Shown in pieces: positions 1 to 9,237 of a stretch of DNA of 64,000 nt (position 1 is the first letter of the stretch; every line of letters begins with the position of its first letter). A program made the position numbers and the translations under genes. A model generated the notes under the pieces. That model ran no database searches. It worked only from the letters and a program-made list of their open reading frames with translations, and had not been told where the DNA came from. Location: assembly GCA_011620135.1 (NCBI GenBank), contig WOZS01000014.1:130-64129 (forward strand), read 5' to 3'. Source of the DNA: Gammaproteobacteria bacterium (GTDB taxonomy: Bacteria; Pseudomonadota; Gammaproteobacteria; WOZS01).

Positions 1-115
1 CACCTGGGAAGAGGGCATAACGCATTCCCTGATCCAATGCCGCCGGTACCCGGGAAAGAAAATGCCGCAGACAATCCTCCACAACCGCCATCCCGGGGTT
101 GCGTTCACAGGTCAT
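1..115 (-). CDS. ispA: Geranyltranstransferase / farnesyl diphosphate synthase, 5' part only (runs off the window)
   Basis: Manual minus-strand translation from ATG at 115 gives MTCERNPGMAVVEDCLRHFLSRVPAALDQGMRYALFPG.., matching the IspA N-terminal 'AMRYAL..GGKR' motif. It lies downstream of xseB, as in the usual xseB-ispA order. Confidence 0.7.
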   Translation of the reverse strand, partial: MTCERNPGMAVVEDCLRHFLSRVPAALDQGMRYALFPG

Positions 116-158
116 GCCGGCAACATATGGCCAAAATAACAGCGAATATCAGGATGAT

Positions 159-389
159 TCATGGTGCGCATTGGTTTGCTTCATCGACCGTATCCGGCTG
201 ATCCGGTTCGGCCGACCATACCTCGACGCGTTGCTGCGCCTCCTTGAGGAGAGCCTCAGCCCGCCGTAACAGCCCCATCCCCGCCTCGAAGGCCTCGATG
301 GCATTGGCCAGACTCAAACGACCACTCTCCAGGCTGGTGACTAGCGTTTCCAATTGGTTTAGAGTTTTTTCAAAATCGCCTTCTTCCAT
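159..389 (-). CDS. xseB: Exodeoxyribonuclease VII small subunit
   Basis: FEKTLNQLETLVTSLESGRLSLANAIEAFEAGMGL...AQQRV is a typical XseB pattern. Start taken at the internal ATG at 389. Confidence 0.9.
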   Translation of the reverse strand: MEEGDFEKTLNQLETLVTSLESGRLSLANAIEAFEAGMGLLRRAEALLKEAQQRVEVWSAEPDQPDTVDEANQCAP

Positions 390-476
390 ACCCGTAGCAT
401 AATTCCTTTTGGGCCTCCTGAAAAGCAGCCAGAGCATTGTTATCTAATAATCATATATATAAGGAATATTACCGAT

Positions 477-1823
477 ATGTCTGAAAACGTCCATTTTTGG
501 AAGGATATAGTCCGCTACCTCCAGGACCGCCTCGATGAACAAGAAATTGGGCGTTATCTCCGGCCGCTCCAGGCCACCTGGGAAGACGACGCCTTGTTGT
601 TGTTGGGCCCCAATCGATTCGTCGTGGAACATGTCAAAACGCATTATCTCCCGCTCATCGAGCAAGCCCTGCAACAGCTGCAGGGTCTTACCGAGATACC
701 GATCCGCATCGCGGTAGGGTCCCATGAGGGACACCAGGAACAAGTCCAGGAACATGAGGCCGGCAAGCATGTTCCCCCAGGAAACATGAAAAATCCCCAA
801 AATGGTCTCACTCCGGGATTCATTTTTGAAAGTTTCGTGGAAGGTAAATCAAACCAGGTGGCCTTGGCAGCTGCCAAGGCCGTCGGCAGCCGCCCTGGTA
901 CCATGTACAATCCACTATGTATCTATGGTGGTGTCGGTCTGGGAAAAACCCACCTGATGCACGGTATCGGCCATTACATCATGGATCATGATCAATCAGC
1001 CTATGTGACCTATCGCCATTCCGAGGGCTTCGTGGCTGATATGGTCCGCGCACTGCGCCAGAACCGCATGGATGAATTCAAGGCCACCCACCGCAAGGTC
1101 AACGCGCTGCTGGTGGATGACATCCAGTTCCTGGCCGGCAAGGAGCGTTCCCAGGAGGAATTTTTCAACACATTCAATTCTCTTCTGGAAAGCGGTCGTC
1201 AGCTGGTGATTACCTGCGACCGCTATCCCCAGGAGGTCAAGGGTATCGAGGAAAGGTTGCGTTCGAGATTCGATTCAGGACTCACCATTGCCATTGACCC
1301 ACCCGATTTTGAAACCAGAGCCGCGATCATCAGCAAAAAAGCAGAGCTCTTGCAGGTGGAATTGCCGGACGATGTGATCTACTTCATCGCTAGGCGTATC
1401 CGTTCCAATGTCCGTGAACTTGAAGGCGCCATGCGGCGGGTGGTGGCCACCGCCCAGTTCCTGGGACATGCCATCGATCTGGACTTCACCAAGGCAACAC
1501 TCAAGGATCTTATTGCCTCCCACAACCGCATGATCTCCATTGATGATATACAAAAAGTAGTTTCTGAATATTACAAGATTCGTATAAATGATATGCTCTC
1601 AAGCAGTCGTACGCGCCGCCTCAGCAGACCAAGGCAATTGGCCATGGCTTTGGCCAAGGAGCTCACCAATTGCAGTCTACCGGATATCGGTCGCCATTTT
1701 GGGGGACGGGATCATACCACAGTTTTACATGCCTGTCGCACCATTGATAACCTGCGCATGGAGGATAAAACGGTGGAAGAAGATTATCGTCTTCTCGTCC
1801 GTAGACTGCGTGATCTAAACTGA
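477..1823 (+). CDS. dnaA: Chromosomal replication initiator DnaA
   Basis: FESFVEGKSN, YNPL.IYGGVGLGKTHL (Walker A), LLVDDIQF (Walker B), SNVRELEGA, C-terminal IG..FGGRDHTTVLHA. Confidence 0.99.
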   Translation: MSENVHFWKDIVRYLQDRLDEQEIGRYLRPLQATWEDDALLLLGPNRFVVEHVKTHYLPLIEQALQQLQGLTEIPIRIAVGSHEGHQEQVQEHEAGKHVPPGNMKNPQNGLTPGFIFESFVEGKSNQVALAAAKAVGSRPGTMYNPLCIYGGVGLGKTHLMHGIGHYIMDHDQSAYVTYRHSEGFVADMVRALRQNRMDEFKATHRKVNALLVDDIQFLAGKERSQEEFFNTFNSLLESGRQLVITCDRYPQEVKGIEERLRSRFDSGLTIAIDPPDFETRAAIISKKAELLQVELPDDVIYFIARRIRSNVRELEGAMRRVVATAQFLGHAIDLDFTKATLKDLIASHNRMISIDDIQKVVSEYYKIRINDMLSSSRTRRLSRPRQLAMALAKELTNCSLPDIGRHFGGRDHTTVLHACRTIDNLRMEDKTVEEDYRLLVRRLRDLN

Positions 1824-1981
1824 ACACAACCTGGGGATAACTTGTCATGGGGCTGTGGATTGCTGGTATGCCGAAAAGTTATCCACAGAATATTCCACTT
1901 TTTTTCAGGCTCTGCTGCCCGCTGACAGCAGACATCCCACAGATTTATGCATCACTACTACCATAGGTTTAAATATATAGA
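1824..1981. promoter_or_regulatory. Probable replication origin oriC (dnaA-dnaN intergenic)
   Basis: Perfect DnaA box TTATCCACA at 1879-1887; near-consensus reverse boxes TGGGGATAA (1832-1840) and TGTGGATTG (1854-1862); CACTACTAC trio-like repeat followed by AT-rich TTTAAATATATAG (about 1953-1980). Confidence 0.75.
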
Positions 1982-3088
1982 ATGATAGAGTTAACAGTCT
2001 CAGGACATGACCTGAATCGAGCCATGGGTTCCATCATGGGTGTGGTGGAACGCTCCCCAAAGCTCCCCATCCTGGGTCATGTTCTTCTCTTGATTCAAGA
2101 AAATACCATTTCTTTATATGGTAGTGATGGAGACATGACCTTGCGTCTCGATCTGCCGGTTACCTCTACGGAATGCCTGGGTTGCTGCGTGGCAGCCCGG
2201 CGTCTCTATGAGATCACCAGGACAGCCGGCGAGGCAGAAACCTTACGTCTGCAATGGCGCCAGAACCGCTTGACGGTATCGGGAAACGGCTATCGGTATA
2301 CCCTCGCAACCCTGAATGACAGTGACTTTCCCAATATCCTGATCGAGCACAAAGAAGGCCCTGAGGTCATCGTCCACCAGGGCGTTTTAAGCACCTTATT
2401 GGAACGTACAGCCTTTGCCATGGCGCATCAGGATCTGCGCTTCTTTCTCAATGGTGTCTTTATTCATAGCGAAACAGACACCCTGACAGCTGTGGCCACA
2501 GACAGTCACCGGCTGGCGCTGGCTACAGCCCCTCTCGATCATCAGCAGTCTGACTTGCGGGCCATCCTGCCCCGCAAGACCGTGCTCGAATTGCGGCGGC
2601 TCTTGTCCAGTAAGGAAGAAGAGGACAGGGTGCATGTGCAATGGCATGAGGAGATCATCTCCTTCTACACCCCGCAATGGACATTGCAAAGCAAGACCGT
2701 GGCAGGACGTTATCCAGACTACAAAGTGGTGCTGCCCAAGGAGACATCAGGCCAGATGAGACTGGACCGTCAGGCCTTGCTCACGGCTTTGAGGCGTGCT
2801 GCCTTGGTGAGTGATGAGGTGACGGCCGCCGAGTTTGCTGTTGCAGATACCGGTGAACTGGTCATCAGCGCAGGGCAGAACGAACAGTTCGAGACACGCC
2901 TTGCGGTACAGGCGCGAGGTCAGCCCTTGCAGGCCGCCTATAACATTCGCTACCTGACAGACGCCCTGGCGGTGGTTGAAGCGCCGGAGGTGGAGCTTGC
3001 CTATGTGGAAGGGGGTCTTGGGCCATTAACCATCCATGACAGTACAGCCCCCACCTGGCTTGGCCTGGTGATGCCCATCCGATTGTGA
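1982..3088 (+). CDS. dnaN: DNA polymerase III beta sliding clamp
   Basis: 368 aa after dnaA; TAFAMA..D.RFFLNGV, AVATDSHRLA, ILPRK, GRYPDY, C-terminal LVMPIRL. Confidence 0.97.
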   Translation: MIELTVSGHDLNRAMGSIMGVVERSPKLPILGHVLLLIQENTISLYGSDGDMTLRLDLPVTSTECLGCCVAARRLYEITRTAGEAETLRLQWRQNRLTVSGNGYRYTLATLNDSDFPNILIEHKEGPEVIVHQGVLSTLLERTAFAMAHQDLRFFLNGVFIHSETDTLTAVATDSHRLALATAPLDHQQSDLRAILPRKTVLELRRLLSSKEEEDRVHVQWHEEIISFYTPQWTLQSKTVAGRYPDYKVVLPKETSGQMRLDRQALLTALRRAALVSDEVTAAEFAVADTGELVISAGQNEQFETRLAVQARGQPLQAAYNIRYLTDALAVVEAPEVELAYVEGGLGPLTIHDSTAPTWLGLVMPIRL

Positions 3089-3100
3089 TGGAGAGCATCT

Positions 3101-4630
3101 TCAAGGTGCATATTCGCCAAGGCGCAGATGCACCTTGGCCTGATGCAGCCGGTGCGCTTCTTCTGCCAGATTGGCACGCAGCAAGGGGCGCTGGTCGAGC
3201 CAGCCTTTCTGGGTATCGAGATGCAAGGTGGGATAAGTGCCATGAATGGTCCAGGGCGGCGGGGGCTGCAACAAGCGGTTGCGATTGAGCAGCACCGCAA
3301 GTCTCAAGGTGATGCACAGACCCAGCAGGGAACGTTGGGCTCCATCCAGCTTGCGCGCATTCATGGTGAGCCGTCTTCTGTGATTGCGCACCAGCATGAC
3401 CAGGATGTGGCGCTGCCGTTCCGTGAAGCCTGCCAGGTGGGCATGGCGCAGCAGATAGGCGCCATGCTTGTGGTAACCCACATGGGAGATGGCCTGGCCG
3501 ATCTCGTGGAGACAGGCGGCATAGCGTAGAATATCCGGATCGGATGGGTCCTGGTCCAGTGACCAGGCCGAGGCAATTTGTGGCCACAGGGCCTGTGCCG
3601 TGTTGGCAACCCGGATACCGTGTCGGTCATCCAAGCTGAAGCGTCGCTGCATGCCCTGGATGGTTTTTTCCCGGGTGTCACTGGCTATTTCGGGTCGCAC
3701 CAGCTCCACCATGATACCCTCCCGCAAGGCGGCATCCGTCACCTGGACATGGGAAAGGTTCAGGCCATCCATCACGCCTCGCAAAATGGCAAGGCCAGCC
3801 GGAAAAACCTCGGCGCGGTCGGGAATGAGGGCAAGCAGCTTGTTCCTGTTCATGGTCTGCCCCTGGAAGAGCTGCTTTTCAAGCGAATCGAGCGCTGCGC
3901 TGGTGATGGCGTTTCCCTGGAGCAGATCGAAATACTCCAGCAGGTATCTCACTACCCGCACCGAGCCCGAGGCCCCGTAAACCACCTCGGGGGTGCCCAT
4001 CCCGGGACACAGATGACAGACCTGGCTTTGCGCGCTGAACCTGGCCTGCAGTAAGCGGTTCTTGCTGATGGGTTGTTGGGGTGGGAAAAAGCGCTTGCTG
4101 AAACTCACACAACCCATGGGAATGCTATCCTGCCAGTCGGGTTCTTCCGCTGTACCGCCAGCTAATTCCGTGCTGCCGCCACCGATATCGAAAACCAGCA
4201 TGTTCTGGCCATGGATACCCTCCCGCCAGGCAATGCCCCGATAGATCAGCCGGGCTTCCTCTTCCCCGGGAATGATCTCGATGGGCACACCCAGTACCTC
4301 ACTGGCCTGATGCAGGAAGTCATCGAGGCTCTTGTTCTCGCGGAAAGCCTGGGTACCAACGGCCCGTATGTGGTGACGCGGTACGGCGCTGAGCCTTTCG
4401 GCAAAACGGGCAATACAGGCCATGGCCTGCTCGATGATGCCTGGAGCAACGCGCCCTGTGTGATCCACACCCTGGGCAAGGCGCACCGTTTCCCGGATAC
4501 GGTCCGTGATGTGGATGGTCTCATGGACCCGGCGTACCACCAGCAGGTAGAAGCTGTTGGAACCCAGATCGATGGCAGCATAATCACCATCCATGGTTGT
4601 TTGCGTTGTTTGGCTTTCAGGATGGGACAT
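3101..4630 (-). CDS. ppx: Exopolyphosphatase Ppx/GppA family
   Basis: AAIDLGSNSF, GEEEARL, DIGGGSTE, ALREG and C-terminal HD-like LHEIG...HKHGAYLL. Confidence 0.95.
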   Translation of the reverse strand: MSHPESQTTQTTMDGDYAAIDLGSNSFYLLVVRRVHETIHITDRIRETVRLAQGVDHTGRVAPGIIEQAMACIARFAERLSAVPRHHIRAVGTQAFRENKSLDDFLHQASEVLGVPIEIIPGEEEARLIYRGIAWREGIHGQNMLVFDIGGGSTELAGGTAEEPDWQDSIPMGCVSFSKRFFPPQQPISKNRLLQARFSAQSQVCHLCPGMGTPEVVYGASGSVRVVRYLLEYFDLLQGNAITSAALDSLEKQLFQGQTMNRNKLLALIPDRAEVFPAGLAILRGVMDGLNLSHVQVTDAALREGIMVELVRPEIASDTREKTIQGMQRRFSLDDRHGIRVANTAQALWPQIASAWSLDQDPSDPDILRYAACLHEIGQAISHVGYHKHGAYLLRHAHLAGFTERQRHILVMLVRNHRRRLTMNARKLDGAQRSLLGLCITLRLAVLLNRNRLLQPPPPWTIHGTYPTLHLDTQKGWLDQRPLLRANLAEEAHRLHQAKVHLRLGEYAP

Positions 4631-4930
4631 GAGAAAATATTGTCATTGGTGTCATGCAGTCCCTTTGGTGACAGATGCGTCAATTTGACTTTGCATTGTA
4701 GCAACCAATTTTTCTTTCTGAAAAGCCACTTCAAGAAGATGGCTATGGCGGGATTGCGTTTGTATTTCTGCTCCTGGCGGGGCCGATCCTGCAAAGGGAT
4801 AGTCATCCCGATGGCATCACGAGATCGGGTTTCACGCCATGCATATCACCAATACGAATATTTCGGGTTTTGAGGAGGTCTCTATGCCATCAAGGATCCC
4901 TGGCGTCTCTATCCTCTGGTGGAGCGGGAC

Positions 4931-6925
4931 ATGGCTGCAATGACCAAGGCAGGCACAACCGGCCCTGATGTGGCCATGTCCCAACAACGCATCGCCATCG
5001 AGCGCGTCACCCCATGTGTCGAAGGGGGGCGTTTTCCCGCTAAGGATGTGGTGGGGGCTCAGGTGACAGTGGAAGCGGACATCTTCTGTGATGGGCACGA
5101 TGTGCTGCGTGCTGCGGTGGTCTTCCGCCATCACGACGTCAATACCTGGCAAGAAGCCCCCATGAGCCATTTCGACAATGATCGCTGGAGGGGTTTTCTG
5201 TCTCTGTCCCGGATGGGACTCCATGAGTTTTACATCCTCGCTTGGCGCGACCTCTACGCCAGTTGGCGGCATGGACTCGAGAAGAAAAAGGTGGCAAACC
5301 AGACCATCACCTCGGAACTGCTGGAAGGCCGGGACATGGTGATTGAGGCATTGCAGAAGCACCAGAAGACCGCAGCCTTGGTCAAGACCATCGGTGAGGC
5401 CTCGGGCGACGAGGCCTTGGACAGGCTGTTGTGCAGTGAGGAGACGGCCTCTGCCATGGCCAGCTATGCAGACCGCGCCAATCTGTCCACCTCGAATCAC
5501 CCAGGCCCTGGCTTTCCGCTGCTGGCCTTGCGTCATAAGGCACGCTTCGGCTCCTGGTATGAGATGTTCCCCAGGTCGCAAAGCGGAGATGGTCAGCGCC
5601 ACGGCACCTTCGACGATGTCATCGGCAGATTGCCGGCCATCCAGGAGATGGGCTTCGATGTGCTGTATTTCCCCCCCATCCATCCCATCGGGCACACCAA
5701 CCGCAAGGGTAAGAACAACAGCCTCAAGGCGGAACCCGGCGATGTGGGCAGCGTCTATGCCATCGGAGATGAAACAGGCGGCCATACCGCCATCCATCCC
5801 GAGTTGGGCACCCTGGATGATTTCAGGCGGCTGGTAAAGGTCGCTGAGCGCCATGGCCTGGAGATCGCCCTGGATTTCGCCATCCAGTGTTCCCTGGATC
5901 ATCCCTGGATCAAGGAACATCCCCAGTGGTTCCGCTGGCGCCCGGATGGCAGCATCCATTATGCGGAAAACCCGCCCAAGCGCTACGAGGACATCGTCAA
6001 TGTGGAGTTCTATGGCAAAGCCTTCCCGGATTCCTGGATAGCGCTGTGCGATGTGGTGCGCTTCTGGATCGACCAGGGTGTCCGCATCTTCAGGGTGGAC
6101 AATCCCCATACCAAGCCGCTACCGTTTTGGGAGTGGATGCTGCGGGAGATCCATGACTATCGCCCCGATGTGTTCTTTTTATCCGAGGCCTTCACCAGGC
6201 CAAAGATGATGTATCGTCTCGCCAAGGTGGGTTTCGAGCAGAGCTATACCTATTTCATCTGGCGCAACACCAAGGAAGAAATCACCTCCTATCTTCAGGA
6301 ACTGGCCTATGGACCGCCGCGGGAGTTCTTCGGTCCCAATTTCTTCGTCAATACGCCGGACATCAACCCGTTTTTCCTGCAAAACGGCGGAAGGCCTGCT
6401 TTCCTGATCCGTCTGGCACTGGCTGGCTTGCTCTGCGGCAGTTGGGGCATGTACAACGGTTTCGAGCTGTGCGAGGCCACTCCCCTGCCGGGCCGCGAGG
6501 AATACCTGGACTCGGAGAAGTATCAACTCAAGGCGTGGGATTATGATCGTCCAGGTCATATCAAGGAGGAGATCGCTGCGATCAACAGGATCCGGTTGGA
6601 GAACAAGGCGCTGTGGGATCACCGCGGCGTCGTGTTCTATAATATCTGGGATCCCAACCTGTTGAGCTTTGGCCGATGGAGCGCAGACAGGGAAAACATG
6701 CTGCTGGTGTTCGTCAATCTGGACCCCCATCAGGGTCATGGGGCCCACTTCGAGGTGCCCCTGTGGGAATGGGGGCTTGCCGATCATGAGGCGGTGGCTG
6801 TGGAGGATCTGTGCGAGCAGCATCGGTTCATATGGCAGGGCAAGGTGCAGTACATGTGGATCGAACCTGCCCCCCTGCCGTATCGTATCTATCGCCTGAC
6901 GCCACGGCTCGATAAGGGGGGCTGA
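4931..6925 (+). CDS. glgE: Alpha-1,4-glucan:maltose-1-phosphate maltosyltransferase (GH13)
   Basis: SWYEMFPRS, MGFDVLYFPPIHPIG, ALDFAIQCS.DHPW, AENPPKRYEDI, FRVDNPHTKP, FLSEAFTRP, NTPDI. Start uncertain (4931 or 4940). Confidence 0.96.
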   Translation: MAAMTKAGTTGPDVAMSQQRIAIERVTPCVEGGRFPAKDVVGAQVTVEADIFCDGHDVLRAAVVFRHHDVNTWQEAPMSHFDNDRWRGFLSLSRMGLHEFYILAWRDLYASWRHGLEKKKVANQTITSELLEGRDMVIEALQKHQKTAALVKTIGEASGDEALDRLLCSEETASAMASYADRANLSTSNHPGPGFPLLALRHKARFGSWYEMFPRSQSGDGQRHGTFDDVIGRLPAIQEMGFDVLYFPPIHPIGHTNRKGKNNSLKAEPGDVGSVYAIGDETGGHTAIHPELGTLDDFRRLVKVAERHGLEIALDFAIQCSLDHPWIKEHPQWFRWRPDGSIHYAENPPKRYEDIVNVEFYGKAFPDSWIALCDVVRFWIDQGVRIFRVDNPHTKPLPFWEWMLREIHDYRPDVFFLSEAFTRPKMMYRLAKVGFEQSYTYFIWRNTKEEITSYLQELAYGPPREFFGPNFFVNTPDINPFFLQNGGRPAFLIRLALAGLLCGSWGMYNGFELCEATPLPGREEYLDSEKYQLKAWDYDRPGHIKEEIAAINRIRLENKALWDHRGVVFYNIWDPNLLSFGRWSADRENMLLVFVNLDPHQGHGAHFEVPLWEWGLADHEAVAVEDLCEQHRFIWQGKVQYMWIEPAPLPYRIYRLTPRLDKGG

Positions 6926-7548
6926 TTGGTCGTGATGCGCCGCTGATCCCGTGCCGCTTGCGGTGGTTTTCTTTCCGGTTTGGCCACCACTTTTTCTGAT
7001 TTGGCAACCACCGTACGCCGCGGCGTCGACGTGGGGCTCGGTGCCCAGGTAAGATGCAATTCCCGGCGTTGCGTACCCTGCCCCAGAATGACCACGTCTG
7101 GCAACACCTCGGTGATGGGCAGGCCATCGAGGCTTTCCCCGACGCCGAGGCGCTTGGTTTCCTTGGTGGCGCGGTTTTCGATGATGGCGAAACGGCGTTG
7201 CCCAGAGACCACAGTGCCGGATAGACGGTAGCGCTCATCGCCGCTGCTGACAGACGCTGCCTCTGCTGCAGGCAGTTTGCGGTCGGGATAGAAAGGTGGC
7301 TGACGTAGGCTGGCGCGCAGTTCCTCGCGGCGCGGCCAGCTTGGCTGGGGTGGCTGGTCCTTTTGTTCCGGCATGGCTGCCACAGGAAGCATGGGCTTTT
7401 GGTCCGCGTCCGCCTGGTGGGCTAATGTCTGCATGGTGTGTCGACCATGTAGGATGAGCGCCAGCGCCACGGTACCCAGCAGCATAGACAGGCTGCCCAG
7501 GGAGATTGCAGCGGCGGTGCGCGGTGTGATGGCATGCAGCCTGCTCAT
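6889..7548 (-). CDS. gspC: Type II secretion GspC/XpsN-like inner-membrane protein
   Basis: N-terminal TM helix, PPFYPDR motif, GspC/PilP-like beta domain (YRLSGTVV...FAII...LGVGESLDG); last gene of the gsp run. Confidence 0.6.
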   Translation of the reverse strand: MSRLHAITPRTAAAISLGSLSMLLGTVALALILHGRHTMQTLAHQADADQKPMLPVAAMPEQKDQPPQPSWPRREELRASLRQPPFYPDRKLPAAEAASVSSGDERYRLSGTVVSGQRRFAIIENRATKETKRLGVGESLDGLPITEVLPDVVILGQGTQRRELHLTWAPSPTSTPRRTVVAKSEKVVAKPERKPPQAARDQRRITTNQPPLSSRGVRR

Positions 7549-8123
7549 GGCGCCTTGGCCTGGTAACCCGATACCTCCAGCATGACCTGCAGGGTGCCTG
7601 TGACGTTTGTGGTGGACGAGGAGAAGGCGTGGCGGTTGGTGATGGAGATATCCTCCACGAACAAGGCCGGTTCATGGGTTTCAAGGTCATAGAGCAGGGC
7701 CGTGAGCTGATCGGCCCGGGCCATCATCGACAGGCGTACTGCCTGTTGGGGGATACCTCCCTGGCTGATACCCGGTTTTTCCTGGGCACTGGTCAACGTG
7801 GCGCCATGCTGTTCCACCATGGCCTTGACGGTATCGGCCAGGCCGCTGCCGGCAGGCCAGTAGCCGGCACGGTCGTGGTCGCGCCGCAGTGTGGCAAGCT
7901 GGGCTTGCAGCGCGGGCAGTCTGGCTGCCACATCACGATAGCGTTGCAACGAGTCTCTGCTTGTGGCGCGGCGCTGCGACAGATCCTGGTAAGTGGATAA
8001 CCAGGGAATGCCCAGCGAGACCACCGGGAGACTGACCACGAGGCACAACAGCGCCACGGCCAGGGCCCGACTACGGTTCCAGTCCTTCTTCTTCATCCAG
8101 TGCATCATTGGATAGTCCATCAC
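7545..8123 (-). CDS. gspM: Type II secretion protein M
   Basis: Single TM, coiled coil, LYDLETHEPALFVEDISI, and position after gspL. Confidence 0.85.
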   Translation of the reverse strand: MMDYPMMHWMKKKDWNRSRALAVALLCLVVSLPVVSLGIPWLSTYQDLSQRRATSRDSLQRYRDVAARLPALQAQLATLRRDHDRAGYWPAGSGLADTVKAMVEQHGATLTSAQEKPGISQGGIPQQAVRLSMMARADQLTALLYDLETHEPALFVEDISITNRHAFSSSTTNVTGTLQVMLEVSGYQAKAP

Positions 8124-9237
8124 CGTTTATGGGGTTGTCCTGGGTTGCCGCAGGGGACCGGCCCAGGAGCGCGCGCAGCTGAAAGCGCTCCTTATCCCGG
8201 GAGTTGTCCTCAACGGCAGGGGCCTCGAAGGTGGCATGTTGCCAATAACGGGATTTTTTCATGGCCGCCAGCACATCCTTGGCCGAGGCGGCCATGCCCC
8301 AGATGACCACCTCGCTGCCTGACTGGCGCATCATATAAACCCAGGCATCCAGGGGCAGGTGGAGGGCCAGGTCTTCGATGACCATGAAAACCGGCGGCTG
8401 CCTGCTGCGCCGTTTGGCCAGGAAGGCCGTTTCCGTCTTGATCTGTTCCAGCTGTTGTCGGATGGCCGAGGCTTCCAAGGCCTGAGCGCGCGCGCGTTGT
8501 GACTGGGTCTCCAGGATGGCCAGTTCCTGGGACATGAAATGCAACGGGAGCCACAGGGTCAGCGCCAGGGTCGCCAAGGTCAGCAAACCCAGCCATGGCA
8601 AAGGGGATCGCAGCTTCTGGCGCCAATTTCCAAGCTCCATGGCAGCAAAGAAATTCTTGATCAGCAGACCCTCGTCGCTCAGCAGGTCGTGGAGCTGGAA
8701 GCCCAGCTGTTTCAATGGCTGGATGACAGGGTCTGCCTTGGTGCGCGGGCAGACATACAAGGTGAGGTGCAGCAAGGAACCTGCTGTGTCGTGGAGATGC
8801 CAGCCGAAATAGACCTGCTCCTGGGGCCAGGGCGTCAGGCTCGCCATCTGGTAACCGAGGATGGAGTGCAGGCTGTTCCTGGCGCTGGCAGGCAGGCTCA
8901 CGGCACGCTTGAGAACCATGCCCGGTGGCAATTGTACAGCGATGGCCGCAGCATCGAGCCTGAGAGGGCGCAGGCTTTCCCGGATGGCGTGCGCATCTGG
9001 TGTCCCATCATCCAGGGGGATCTCCCGGAGCGGATGCAGAGGATCCGCGGCGGCGGCAACTTGCAGCGTGTTGCCCCGGGGGCGCAGGATCAAACGCCTG
9101 TTGTCCTGCTGCAGCCATTGCCGCAGGCCAGGTGGCAGGAGCCCCAGGAGCTCCTTGCGCCACCATTGCCACCAGGTGGAGAATACCTGGCCCATGTCCA
9201 TGTTGAGCAGACCTGGTTTGTTTATGGTTCGCGCCAT
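8071..9237 (-). CDS. gspL: Type II secretion protein L (PilN-like C-terminal domain)
   Basis: WWQWWRKELLGLLP N-terminus typical of XpsL, SLTPW...VYFGW, TM segment, LP.DAWV...IWG. Confidence 0.88.
   Translation of the reverse strand: MARTINKPGLLNMDMGQVFSTWWQWWRKELLGLLPPGLRQWLQQDNRRLILRPRGNTLQVAAAADPLHPLREIPLDDGTPDAHAIRESLRPLRLDAAAIAVQLPPGMVLKRAVSLPASARNSLHSILGYQMASLTPWPQEQVYFGWHLHDTAGSLLHLTLYVCPRTKADPVIQPLKQLGFQLHDLLSDEGLLIKNFFAAMELGNWRQKLRSPLPWLGLLTLATLALTLWLPLHFMSQELAILETQSQRARAQALEASAIRQQLEQIKTETAFLAKRRSRQPPVFMVIEDLALHLPLDAWVYMMRQSGSEVVIWGMAASAKDVLAAMKKSRYWQHATFEAPAVEDNSRDKERFQLRALLGRSPAATQDNPINGDGLSNDALDEEEGLEP

Noticed and set aside
3085-3288. Short ORF overlapping the dnaN stop as a possible recF remnant
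   Set aside because: No RecF Walker A or other similarity; it lies antisense to the ppx 3' end.
4770-4830. Sigma54 promoter upstream of glgE
   Set aside because: The TGGC and TGC elements present do not have the required -24/-12 spacing.
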